Under the pieces are notes generated by a model. The model was given only the letters and a program-made list of their open reading frames with translations. It searched no databases and had not been told where the DNA came from. A DNA stretch of 64,000 nt from Chlorokybus atmophyticus (lineage: Eukaryota > Plantae > Mesostigma and Chlorokybus algae): positions 890,529 to 954,528 of the forward strand of contig RHPI01002048.1 in NCBI GenBank assembly GCA_009103225.1, in the 5' to 3' direction. Shown here piece after piece: positions 1 to 11,849 of this stretch. The position numbers and the translations under genes are program-made. How positions within the stretch are numbered: position 1 is the first letter of the stretch; each line of letters opens with the position of its first letter.

Positions 1-4
1 TGAG

Positions 5-1290
5 GTGAAAGAGTCCGAGTTGGTGTGGCAAGTACTGTCTGGGTTGCCTGAAGACTATGACACGGTAATCACGGTCTTGGAGGGCTTGGAGGCAGAACCC
101 ACGGTGGACGAGGTGGTTTCAAGATTGCTGCAGGTGGAGTCGAGGCTAGCGAAGAAGCATGAGGAAGGCCCGGAGGCGACGGCTTTCTCAACGACTTCAG
201 GAAGAGGTACTGATCGTTTTCAGCATGGGTCTGGGCGTTTCAGTGGTGATGGTGGCGGTGGTAGTGGTGGTGGAGCGTCAAGGAGTGACAGGGTCTGCTA
301 CTATTGCGGGAAGAAGGGCCACATCAGGGTGCATTGCTCGATGAAAAAGCAGCACGAAAAGGAGCGTGGTGGAGAGAAGCATCATGCCATGACGGGACGT
401 GTTCGAGAAACGCCTATTGCCTTTCATGCAACAACGGAAGGTGAGGCAGCTGGGTGGGTGCTGGACTCGGGATGCACGAGGCATATGACGGGTGATCGTG
501 AGAAGTTGGCGCAGTACAAGGTCTTAGAGAAGCCAATCAAGGTGAAGTTTGGCAAGACGGAGGTGCTCGCGGTTGGTGTAGGAGAAGCGAAGATCCTATC
601 TCAAGTTTGAGGAAGGACGAGGCAAGTGTTGTTGTGAGAGGTTTCGTATGTCCCAGGGCTAGAGGTTAGCCTATTCTCTATGCGCAACGCGGCGAGAGTT
701 GGTGCTGTGACAGTGTTTAATGGGGACATAGGAAGGGTAGTGCTGCGTGGTGTCACATAGTTGGTTGGCATCAACGTTGAAGGGCTCTACATCATTAAGG
801 AGGTCAAGGGTGCGGATATGCACAAGAAGACCAAGGTGGAGGTGTTCAAGTCAGCACCGGTTGTGAAGAAGATGAAGAAGAAGGCCAAGGTCGAGCCTGT
901 TACTCATAAGGGAGCGGGAGCTCAAGAGAAGGTGACGAAGATCGTGTCACATGCGAGTGGTGGAGTGATTCCACGTGTGGAGGTTGCTGGTGGTGTCAAG
1001 AAGGCTGAAGGTGCAGTTCCGAAGCCCGTGGGAGCCAAAGGAGGCGTTGGCATTAGCAAGGACAAGAAGGAGAAGCATGGTGGTGGTGGTGTGCAGGACG
1101 TTGCCGAGAGTGAGCACGTGGGAGCACATACAAATGACCATGAGAGTTGCAATAAGGGTGTGCAAGTGAAGAGCTTCAAGGAGGCGCTCATAAGAGGTGC
1201 GGGAAGTGTCTTCAAGATGGTTGGAAGAGCAAAGGATGGCGTGGGAGTTCGTTGCGCATAAGTACGCAAGGAGTTGGCATTGAAGGTCTA
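5..1290 (+). pseudogene. Copia gag-protease ORF with a K/V/G-rich tail, interrupted by in-frame stops
   Basis: ORFs 5..610 and 761..1261 are in one frame. The intervening sequence reads GRTRQVLL*EVSYVPGLEVSLFS, a typical post-protease segment. Stops are TGA/TGA/TAG. Confidence 0.8.
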
Positions 1291-1314
1291 AAGGCCAAGC
1301 TGCCCGCGTGGGAG

Positions 1315-1786
1315 TGTTGAGGATATTCTTGTATCCGGTCAGCTTGCCCTGTGGATAAGAATAGCCGCGAGAAAATTCAGGCGCGAGAAGGTTCCAGTCG
1401 AGAAAGGTCCAGGCGAGGACTTCAGTCGAGAAGGTTCCAGGCGCGGAGTCGAGTCCGGAGTCTGGAGATTTTGAAGCGCTGTAGAAGAAACGTTGTAGCT
1501 CGGTGGTTACGTCATTGTATGGCGCATGTCATAGCTTGTTGGAAAGCTCTTGAAAGTAGCTACGTGGTGCAACTTAGAGCGCAAGAATTGGTTGAGTGTA
1601 GAAGTCGTGGTGGCTTCTAGAGTAGACAGGTGCAGAACTGGCGGGTATAAACCCGCGCCGCGGTGTGACTTTGTTGTAATCCTTAGAAAGCCTTTTGGAT
1701 CAGCCTTGTGTGTATGCTCTGGTAGAGTGTGTGTACTTGTGCTTGCACCAACTCCATGCATGGTCAGTAGTGTCCGAATCTCAACA
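1315..1786 (+). repeat. 3' LTR of Copia element 1 (472 bp)
   Basis: Starts TGTTGA right after the polypurine tract, ends TCAACA (inverted termini), and contains a GGTATAAA TATA-like box. Confidence 0.75.
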
Positions 1787-2428
1787 AACACGACAAAGGT
1801 AAGCCCAACAGCAAGCTAGCAAGCAAATGGCATGTGCATGTACCAACATGTGCTTACGAACTTGTCAAACAGGCACACTGCAAGCCAAACACCCAGTACC
1901 TTGTAGAGTAGAAGCTGCTTCAGCTTCTTGCCAGCTGAACATGACAAAGGTAAGCCTAACAGCAAGCTAGCAGGCAAATGGCATGTGCATGCACAAACAT
2001 GTGCTTGTGAACTTGTCAAACAGGCACACTGCAAGCTAAACACCCAGTACCTTGTAGAGTAGAAGCTGCTTCAGCTTCTTGCCAGCTGAACACGACAAAG
2101 GTAAGCCTAACAGCAAGCTAGCAAGCAAATGGCATGTACAAACATGTGCTTGTGATCTTGTCAAACAGGCACACTGCAAGCCAAACACCCAGTACCTTGT
2201 AGAGTAGAAGCTGCTTCAGCTTCTTGCCAGCTGAACACGACAAAGGTAAGCCCAACAGCAAGCTAGCAAGCAAATGGCATGTGCATGCACAAACATGTGC
2301 TTGTAAACTTGTCAAACATGCACTGCAAGCCAAACACCCAGTACCTTGTAGAGTAGAAGCTGCATCAGCTTCTTGCCAGCTGAACATGACAAAGGTAAGC
2401 CTAACAGCAAGCTAGCAGGCAAATGGCA
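1787..2428. repeat. Tandem array of about 151-bp units (about 4.3 copies)
   Basis: Unit AACAYGACAAAGGTAAGCCYAACAGCAAGCTAGC... restarts at 1787, 1938, 2089, 2234 and 2383. Confidence 0.95.
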
Positions 2429-3587
2429 GTCCAGAATGCTAGCGGCACAACACCATGCTGTATTTGCTAATTGCAACGAAGTGACCCAGCATGCAACCAC
2501 CAGAAGAGCATTGCGACAAGATAAGATCCATGTGGGTAGGTGATGTGCGTGCATGCATGCTTGTCTAACGGGGTTTAGGCTAGTAGTGAAGTTAGGTAGG
2601 TAGTAAGTAGGAAGAGCACCCGGTGGTGAATGTAAGTGTTGTGTGCTGTTGTGTGTGGTGTGCAATGCATGCCTCACATTGTGATACATGCCACAATCTC
2701 TGTATCCAATATATTGTACAGCTAACAACGCTCGCTCACCTCGCCACAGCGCCGCCGCCGCTAACACAACCAGCAAGTTCGCCGGTGCTGTGGGACAATC
2801 ACTGCAATTCCCGGTGCGGAAATCCCTGCAATCATTGGAATGCAGTGATCGTTGGGGAAATCCACATCAGGAATTGTGCTGGTCGGACACTAGTTGCGTC
2901 TCCGCTTGCTCCGACCACAATAGGCCGCACGAGCAATTGCCGTGGAAATTGCCTTTTGTCGAAACTTTGATTGCCAAATGAACTCTATGTTTATTGGTCC
3001 ATACAAACCAAGCGAAATTACATTCTCTATTTCCGATGAAATCGTCCATGTCCGAGGACGGTGTCTGTGTGGCTTACCCCAAACTATAAGTAACCCTAAC
3101 CCAAACATCCAATGCATGCTGGTAGTTGTGCTGCAACAATGGACCCCCCTGTACCCATGCGCAGCATAAATGAGGCTCTAACGCAGGCGCTCCTCGCAGT
3201 CGGGCGGCGATTAGTGGGATTAGGTCAGGTCTTGACACAACCGTGGAACGGCTATGTGGACTCTGGCGATGCTCGCTATCATCAGGTATCTTTCTCGCTA
3301 TTCATGGTGTGAGTTGCGTGCACTATGTCACTCTGCATGCTGCTGACAATGCATGCCACTATGCATGTGCCATACTGTCGCGCATTGTGTGTACATGCGT
3401 ATGCCTTGTGTGCGATTTGGGTTGAGTTTGCCTGTGTAGTGTATATGAGGGGTATGGTACGGTGGCAGCATGCATGGTTTGGACAATGCGAATGGCATGC
3501 ATCAGCACAAGCATACACACGCTTTACACATCAAATGTGCATATGTTTGTCCTGCTATGATATATGACAGCCACCGCGACGCAGTTT

Positions 3588-6012
3588 TTTCATTGCAAAT
3601 CCATTTTAGAGATTGTAATTCATGATTACCCAGGTACGCAAGCAGTAGCAGTGTTTGCACTTACTGTTATCAGTGTCTGACTGTATCTGTATATCGGACT
3701 GTTTTTGCTATGGTTGTGGCTACTGAAGTACATTATGTTGGTTGCGCAGCTCTGGCAAAAGCTGCCTTGCAGATGGCGCATGGAGCCATCTTTGGCTGTT
3801 CAAAGTGCGAGTGCATTGGAGAACATGTGGAACTTCTTAAAAAGGTGATCTATCAAGGCCACCGCCGGTACCTACCGGATGACCATCCTTACAGAGTTGA
3901 TGAGCGTTGGCTGCAACCAGAACACAGACCTCCACCACCCATGTGGACTGTCGAGAGCGTGTACAGGTGAGCAATCTCAGCTGATTGCGCATTCGGTTGC
4001 AAAACATAGGTATGTCAGCAATGGATGCCATGTGATCAGGTATGCTATGACATCTCGCAACAGCAAGCGTCCACTGCACTACAAGAGACATTCTTCAAAG
4101 ACCTCCGGCATCCTTGGACTGAGCTGTTTTCACGACCTTCCATATTGGCTACCGTTTCAAAAATCTGTCAAAGGTCATGTGGTTGGCCCTATGCACATTT
4201 TTGCCAACCTGGCAACCGACTTTGCAAATCTCCTAGCTGGCTTGCGCGACAGCATCGAATCACAAGAAGATCTGTAGCAGCAAGGCCGCATGCCTGAACT
4301 CTGGCTAGAGGTACGTATATAGTTGGCCTCATTGACATGTGCAATAGTTGGATTTAACTAAGGACTTGAACCTATGTGTTGCAGACAGATGAAGATGAAG
4401 GATGGAAAGGAAGTCGCAGTCAAGGTAAAACCCCAGGCTCCATGGACAATCACAGATGTAGGACTGGTTGAGCAATTGCTCTCCGGCGTGAGGGTTTCAA
4501 GCACTTTCGGCTCGAAGCTGCAATCTTTCACAAAGCATTTAAGTGAGATAGCCGTTATATGTTTTGTGTTTACGCTAAAGCAATGATTCTCCATGCATGG
4601 AACTTTTAACATGGAGCATGCAGGCTCGATGAAATCGCACGACAAGCACAACTTCTGGTCGGTCGTTTTTCAATACGTGCTGCGCTCTGCACACGACATT
4701 AGAGAAGATCAGAAGAGAACCATCTTCAAACTATGCGACATCTATTAACGGTTGACTGCATTTGAAGTAAAGCAGTTACACCTCGAAGAATTGAAGGTTG
4801 GCTTTAATAACACTTTACTCTGCATGCCCAGCTCCTATGGCATGCATAGCTTATTACTTAGTACAGGTGCTGGTGCATGAGGCACAGTCTGAAGTGGAGC
4901 TGTTCTTCCCGCGAACTTTTCTCACAATGATGCTGCACCTCCCTGGCCATCTACCAGAGCAGTGCATGTGGCTTGGTCCGACGCGTGACCACTGGGAGTG
5001 GGCACATGAACGCTTTATGCAGTGGGTGAAGCGCATGATGTTTGCAAGGCAGCATGTGGAAGCAAGCATCTGCAAAAGGCAAGTTTTGTGTGAGCCCACT
5101 GAGAGTTACGTGCAAACTTTCCACATTGTTTGCCTTGTTCAAGTGCCAGTTGCATCTGCAGATACTCTATCCAGCTCATGCTGAACACTTACATGGACAC
5201 CTTGAAGCGACTTTTCTCCGACATCAGTTTGCGATCGGGCAAGCAACGAGATGATGACGACTATGTGCTCTGCAGACGGAGACACCACTATTGAGGTTGG
5301 GGATAAAGATAGCGAGACAAGGCAGGAGCTCGAGTGGTGGTGGGCTGAAAATGACGGTAAATACAGGCTGTTAAAAGAGTAAGTTGCTTTGGGAGTTGCT
5401 GCTTTGTACGTGATGTCCAACGCGCAGACATTATGATTTATTTATGGGTTGCTGCTACACAGAGAGTTCAGTCGGGAGGTGAACAAATGCAGGATGGCAA
5501 GGGCAAGGGCTCAAAAACAAGGACATGTCGTGGCAAAGGACATGGAGCATATGACTGAGCTGCATCATTGGCGTGGACTTGCTAGGGAGCTTACAAAGCA
5601 CGAGATGGAGCTGTTGAGCGGTCCAATCTTTCCAAAGTACATCAAGCAATACTTCAGAGCACGCTTCAAGGACATCGGTCAGTTTAGAGCAGAGGAAATG
5701 GAGAAGAAACTCCGCACCATGGACTGTGGCGTGATTACCGTTGGGTGTGACTCAGATGACCCAACCAAGAAGATCCATTTGTATGGCAGGGTGCAATCTT
5801 TTGATGTTGTGGTGATAGCTGGTCGGGAGCACCAGCTGCTCAGAGCTAGGTGGTACATGAGCAACCAAGTAAAGCACAGTGGAGGATTTGCAATCATAAG
5901 AAAAGACAAGCCCCGCTTTGCAGAACAAACCTACCTTGATTGCAACCTGGTAAGTGGCTGTGTTGCAATTGTTTTGGCGTGTGCTTGGTGTGATGATAGT
6001 AAATTGAAATAG
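3588..6012 (+). pseudogene. CACTA/EnSpm-type transposase (Tnp2/TnpD-like; Transposase_21, DUF4218 and DUF4216-like segments), with introns, decayed
   Basis: Motifs FHCKSILEIVIHDYPG, GCSKC...YQGHRRYLPDDHPYR, LPYW...HVVGPMHIFAN, KSHDKH, FFPRTFLTMMLHLPGHL...GPTRDHWEWAHERFM and HLYGRVQSF...RARWY. GT-AG introns, frameshifts and stops are present. Confidence 0.85.
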
Positions 6013-6411
6013 TAGTATGAAATTGGCTGATGAATATCCCTTCTTGCTGGCAGGTCAAGGGCCAGTGGTTTGAGGGAATTGATCCCCATGACAACAAAGT
6101 AATAGCGCTTGTTAAAGACAGGCGCAGTCTCATGCGTCGCGGCATGCACCGGGACACTCCGGTAAGAGGAGAGTTAACAACGTTGTCTGTTAGAATCTGG
6201 ATGTCCTCATATATCCTGGGTTTTGGCATCACATACAACCATCTTGTGTACTTGGTGCAGGGTTCCCAAAGCGAAACCAATAGCGCCTCGAGCGAGGTGT
6301 CATGGACCACACGCCGCGACTGGCATTTCTGTTTTGAGTACAAGAGGTACTGTTTGTGATGCCTCATATTCCTATTGTGAGACTATAGGCCACTGAACCT
6401 TTGTTCACAGG

Positions 6412-6969
6412 ATGAGACCGAGACTGGAGCTGGATGCGTTGGAACATCAGGAACATGAAGACTACTGCTTTGTCTGCAAGGATGGGGGCACCATATCTGG
6501 CTGCGATGTGGAAGGTTGCTGGAAAAGCTACCACGCGCACTGTGTCTCTATGCCACCTGTGGAGGATGAATACTGGGAGTGCCCAAGGCATGAGTCAGTG
6601 GACTTCATTGCAGCAAATGCTTGGCATCTTGTTGTGAGGAACTTCACTCCTAGAACCACCATCACTTGTACTGAATCAAAACACAGGTGCCATGTGAAGA
6701 ACTGCAACGAAGCAGCTTCTCAAGTCTGCGCGACGTGTCCAAACAGCCTCTGTCGACGGCACGCTGTGGGTAGCATGGTTGAGGTTACGTGCTTGCGATG
6801 CGCTGCGTATGAAGAATGTGGTGCTCCAGCGCAGCTCCCAAGGGAGAGCCTTGCTCGTCATTCGCTGCCGGGCATTTGCTGTAGGGTTTCACAAACTGTG
6901 CAGAGTGGGGTTCAACACGTTGAAGAGAGTGGGGATGAGGCTAATAATGGTAAGCTGCTGTGTGCTTGA
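6412..6969 (+). pseudogene. PHD-finger (NSD-like) and Cys-rich zinc-finger coding segment downstream of the CACTA transposase
   Basis: HEDYCFVCKDGGTISGCDVEGCWKSYHAHCVSMPPVEDEYWECPRHE matches the C4HC3 PHD pattern, followed by further CxxC pairs. Confidence 0.8.
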
Positions 6970-7012
6970 GCTTGTTGATTTGCGTTGTGGTTCTTGCCCA
7001 ATTAAACCGTTT

Positions 7013-8153
7013 ATGGCCGCAGAGGCAGTCACGATGGAAGTTGACGATGAAGACGTAGAGGGTTGTAATCAGCAACCCACGACGGCTGCGGCAGTTGTGG
7101 ACCTCGTGGGCAGCGATGATGATATCATGGTGCTGGACGATCCAGTCAGCAACCCGCAGCCGTCAACACCGCAGTCACTGTTCATTTACCCTAGTGCAAG
7201 TGCACGTGATGCGGTGCCAGTGCTTGAAATGGACAGGAGGTTGCTGGATGGCAGACAAGAGCTCAATGACACCATCCTCCACTTCTTTTGCAGGTATGTG
7301 ATATGTTGCGTCTGTGTTATTTGTGTATCTCTTATGTACATGGGATGCACATGCAGATACAAGGAAGAGGAAATCTTAGGCAGAGCAGATGGCATTCAGG
7401 TGAAGCTGTTCCACCCGCATTTCTACACCAAGATTGTGCGCTGCCATCGACAAAATGACTGGCACACGAGCAATCACAGGATAGACAGGTGGGAGAGTGA
7501 TCTGTTTGCCAAGGACTTGCTGGGAGTGATTGTCAACCCAGACACGCGGTGAGAATAAGCGCCAAGAATATCTTGCTGAATCGCTGCTGTATTTGCAAAC
7601 TGGCATTATTTTAATTGTGTACACAAGATTCACTGGAGTCTGCTGCTTGTGTGCAATCCTGGAGGCCAACTTGGAAGTGACGCGCCGCCTTTACTCGTCC
7701 ATCTCGACTCCCTTGGCCTGCATCGCAATGTTGATGGACCTATGCGCGCTTACCTTGACTACATGTGGGGCAGAAAGCATGGAAGTGACTCACAACGACG
7801 CTTCTCTCCCGAAAACGTACAGCTTCTTGTACCACAGGTAGCACACGTTGCATTGCACTAGTGATGAGTTTGCATGCATTCTGTCACAAGCACTGATTGG
7901 ATGCATGCACATGCATTTGGTTTGCAAGCATTGACACATGTTTGTGCAGGTCCCTCAGCAGAAGGTTGGAGTTGCGTGCGGGTTGTTTGTCATGCTTTAT
8001 CTTGACAAGTTTATAGATGGGGTACAAGCTGGTCCAATTAACAGAATTAGCAGTGCAATCTACTTGGTTTTCAAACACATTCGGGACTTGGCCAAAATGA
8101 GAGTATATGTTTACTCGTGTGGGGTTGAATATTCACTCACAGCTAGGAGTTAG
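7013..8153 (+). pseudogene. Ulp1/Peptidase C48 SUMO-protease-like coding region (spliced, decayed)
   Basis: ELNDTILHFFCRY, KLFHPHFYTKI, HWSLLLVCNPG (catalytic His), LVHLDSL (Asp) and VPQQKVGVACGLFVMLYLDKF (Gln/Cys); GT-AG introns lie between these blocks. Confidence 0.85.
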
Positions 8154-8265
8154 TGCAAAACGTATTGCTTGGTTTTGGAATGGTGTTGAAAATTCACTCA
8201 AAGCTAGGACTTAGTGTGAATCGTATTGCGTAGTTTTAGATTGGTGTTGAATGTTCACTCACATC
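8124..8265. repeat. 61-bp tandem repeat (about 2.3 copies)
   Basis: GTTGAA..TTCACTCA restarts at 8124, 8185 and 8246. Confidence 0.85.
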
Positions 8266-8711
8266 TGTGGCATGAAACTAGTGAAGGTTATGAATATACA
8301 TGTGTGACAAGCTGATCAATTGATTATTCACGGGCAGTTGGGACTTGGTGAGTTTAAGCTGTCTCTTATAGCCACAAGCTTATGCCCCTTCATGAATGTT
8401 CAGGCAATGTATAGCTGAATACTTAGCAGAGCACATGCTGTGTCCATTTACAATTGCATGCCCTTGAACATTCAATCGATTTCAACGGAGTACACGAGGT
8501 ATATGGGTTTTGAAAGGTGGCACTGATTTATTGTGTGGATATTCACGCGATTCATAGGTGAATGTCGCGATTTCGTTTTGGCAGGGATCGCACAGATTGT
8601 ACGAAAACACTGAATATTCCTTCGAGAAAAAGCTGAAACGATAAATCAAACAAACATTCAGTGCGTTTGCCATGAATTTTCATAAATTTGAGGGTCTCAA
8701 AATTACCGGTG

Positions 8712-10668
8712 TAATGCTTGCGCAATCTTGCAAACACCGCTTCCAAGTGTTCTTCCTTTGTTGTACCGAAGACCAAGGATGTCATTCAAGTGTATCATAA
8801 CATGCTTACCAAGCATATCACCGCAAACTTTGTTTATTTCTTTCTAAAACACATCGGGTGCATTAGTCAATTCAAAAGGTAACACTTGATATTGGCCCCG
8901 TAGGTGTTCTGGTTATTGTCTTGTAGACAACCAAAGGATGAGGATTCCGAATTTGCTAATAGTCACTTGTCAAATCTAGCGTGCTAAAGTACGCATGCTT
9001 TGACAACTTGTTGAGCACATCATCCATCCTTAGTAACGGGTATCTATTCTTCACCGTGATTTTATTTAAAGTTTGGTAATCCACACACATGCGCAACTTC
9101 CTATTCTTCTTCATAACAAACAAGATGGGTGCGCTAAAGGATGAAGAACTTGGTTCAATTAATCCCTTTTTTAGTAACTGCTTTATCTGTGTTTTCATTT
9201 CCCCCTTCTCACGAGGGCTCCACCTATATGTAAGCCGAAATGTAGGCTCACTGTCATGAATCAAAGGTATTGTGTGTTCGACACCTCGATCAGGGGGCAA
9301 GCCCGGTAACTCATCTAAGAACACATCCTAGAACTTCTTAATAATATCCGCCACACCTTTTGTATTGCCAGGCACTATATTATTACTCGACGTTAAGTGC
9401 ACGAGAAAAGCAGGTGTGTCTTTACGTAATGCACGCTTTACTTGAAGCGCCGTAAGTAAGGCAAGGTCTGTTTGTTTATGTTCCAAGCTATGCGACCCTT
9501 GCACGGACAAAGTGATGCGCTTACGCCCCTTTAATTACTATGCACAACCGTGCAGCAGTATCTAATGTCATAGACACTTGATGTTGCCAGTTTGGCCAAA
9601 TACCGCATCAACACCAGCTATGTCAATGGGTACTACAATGAAAGTTGAATTGGCTTGATAACTACCAATCATAACTTTCAACTTGAGTTCACCTTTTACT
9701 AATAATGCACCCCCAGCACTAGCAGCTGAGAAGGCTGAGGGTTTGCACGCGATATTATTGCGCATAACCCATTTTCAACGAAATTATGCGTCATCTTCTG
9801 TTCGTCGTGCCCACTCGGCCAAAGCGTCAGGTGGCATGAACAACTCAGCACGGAAGTGTGCTCACTAAGTGGTTGCTGAAGTGCAGCCAAGTAGCGCTTT
9901 ATATTTACCACCCAATCATGAATATTCACAGCCCCATTAGGCTTGAACTTATTGGGCTTGTTCAACGCTGTGATGGGTAGGCCAACTGATGTCCCTGCTA
10001 CAGTTGTGGTAGCCCCGGCCACCTGCTGGCGCAATGCTACCAACTTGGACTGCATAGCATTGAGGCGCGCAGTCAAGCGCTCTTCTCGAGCTAACTTCTC
10101 CTCCAGCTCAGGCCCTAAGTATCAGATGAGGTCCTTGCCACGCATTTGAGTCTCCATCGTAAATTAGGTGAGAGCTTCGAACGCCATCTTCTGGCCTAGA
10201 TACGGCCCTGGTTTGTCATAAGTGGCCATAAGAGTAGCCACTGCCGGATCTGTGCGCATGAGTTGCGGTACATTACGCATCGACTCGTGCTCGATCATGC
10301 GAATCACCATCTTCATATTTGTGCGCGGGAGTACCACGAAGTCCGTCTTATATGCGTTACGGACTTGCAGCGCCCACTCATCCCACACTTTCCTTGCGAA
10401 GCTTAGGGTGTGCAGCAAGAAGAGCCTCATGCTCTGATGCATACTTTGCTATGGCCGCCCTGATGATGCTGTGAGCGTCCATAGGTTGTTCATCATGAGA
10501 GGACTTGTTGGAAGAAGCTTCACCACTCTTGGACTCGGCTGCTTCCTCATCACTGACACTCTAACTACCACTCGTATCCGAGTGCTTCACTTGCTCATCA
10601 CTTGATGGCTCATCGGATGAATCCTCAAAAACGGGATACATTCATTCCGCCTTCCTCTTGGTAGACAT
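8712..10668 (-). mobile_element. Ty3/Gypsy retrotransposon remnant (gag, partial protease, RT), truncated in RT
   Basis: RT motifs LPGLPPDRGVEHTIPL...[29 protein letters not shown] and LVFGTTKEEHLEAVFARLRKH; gag KPNKF...IHDWVVNIKRYL...DALAEW. Confidence 0.9.
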
Positions 10669-11233
10669 CTGCCCAAGGAGACAAGCCGTCAAGAAGTTTG
10701 CAAGTGCACAAGCACACAAGTTATGCACTCAGAAAGTGTCAATATTTGTTGTTTCTTTCTCGTTGATTGCAAGTTTTTTAAGTCAGGTAACACAGCCCGT
10801 GAAGGCACTACCCAACCTTTCAACAAGACGCTTGCTTGCAAACAAACCGCGCGCGATTCCACGCAACGGTTTGCGAGCTACAACAGCTCAAAGTTTCACT
10901 TTGTACAACTCCACTACTTCACAATTGCAATTGACACGAGTAGTGCCAAGTGTGAATGGAGTTTACTTGGTTGAACAGAACAAGTTTATTGGCCCCACCG
11001 CACTGACTAGCGGTCACGACAGCCGATGTTGCCATCGGATTGCCCTCAAGGGTTTGAACATGTGTGCGAATGCGTGCGCACGCACAAAACCCTTCACATC
11101 CCCGCGATTCCACGCGGTGGCTATCCCACAAGCACACACGTATTGATAGTAATGTGAGTCACTAAGTGATGTATTGGGATGCTATTCTCGGGGGTGGGCT
11201 GCCTGAGTGGCCGCCTCCCCTTTACAGTAGCAA

Positions 11234-11298
11234 GCTAGGCTAGGCCAGGCAGCTAGGCTAGGCTAAGCTAGGCTAGCAAGTAAGCAAGGCTAGCTAGG
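11234..11298. repeat. (GCTAG)n-like microsatellite
   Basis: Degenerate GCTAG/GCAAG pentamers. Confidence 0.7.
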
Positions 11299-11659
11299 TT
11301 ACAGCAGCAGCAGCGTTATACACAACAAGACAACAACAATCAACACCAAAAACGCTACCCACCCCAACACGTGGGTGGCGGTGGCTGCTACTGCTGCCAC
11401 CGCCACCAATTGCTCAATGCCGCCGCTGCCGCCTCTGCACCGCCATTGTCGCCGCCGCCGCCCAACAGGCCCCTTGCCTCCCCTTGCCACGATACCGAAT
11501 GTAAGAGGGGGGGGTGCTACCGCCCCCTTTAATCCCCTACCCCAACACCACCACCAGCCACGCCGCCGGCCCACACCGCCGTCGCTGCCGGGGCAGCTGC
11601 CAGAGCAAAAGATGCTTTGACTATGGCGGACGCAACGTTAGCAGCGCCGCCATGCGGCT

Positions 11660-11791
11660 AATATTGATGTGAGACTCATGTCTCACATCGATATTAATGT
11701 TAGCGGTAAGCTAACACTACATTAAGGCCATAATACGGCTTAATTGGCTATTTATTACCCGTTGGGACCCTTACTTTTAACTAAATAAGGG
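11660..11791. other. Cluster of four adjacent hairpins
   Basis: Inverted repeats at 11660-11695 (16-bp stem, 1 mismatch), 11698-11716 (7-bp perfect), 11721-11744 and 11768-11791. Confidence 0.8.
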
Positions 11792-11849
11792 CGGGGAACC
11801 GCATAATGGTAGCACTCCATTACAATGAGCATGATGCCAAGGCGTTGTT

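Larger units (their letters stand above)
1..1786 (+). mobile_element. Ty1/Copia-type LTR retrotransposon, 3' part (gag-protease only, no integrase/RT/RNase H before the 3' LTR)
   Basis: Copia gag (VLSGLPEDYDTVITVLE), CCHC knuckle CYYCGKKGHIRVHC and protease WVLDSGCTRHMT, then a purine tract at about 1308-1314 and an LTR bounded by TGTTGA...TCAACA. Confidence 0.85.

Noticed and set aside
1787-2428. CRISPR-like array
   Set aside because: Units are contiguous near-identical 145-151 bp repeats without unique spacers; the context is eukaryotic and no cas genes are present
8482-8785. Short ORFs in the AT-rich segment as viral or foreign genes
   Set aside because: No recognisable motif; the longer ORF is a chimera of RT and non-coding sequence
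11215-11226. TGTAAAGGGGAG (minus strand) as the 5' LTR start of Gypsy 1, also matching 33822
   Set aside because: No PBS, LTR end or further similarity could be found, so a 12-bp match alone is insufficient
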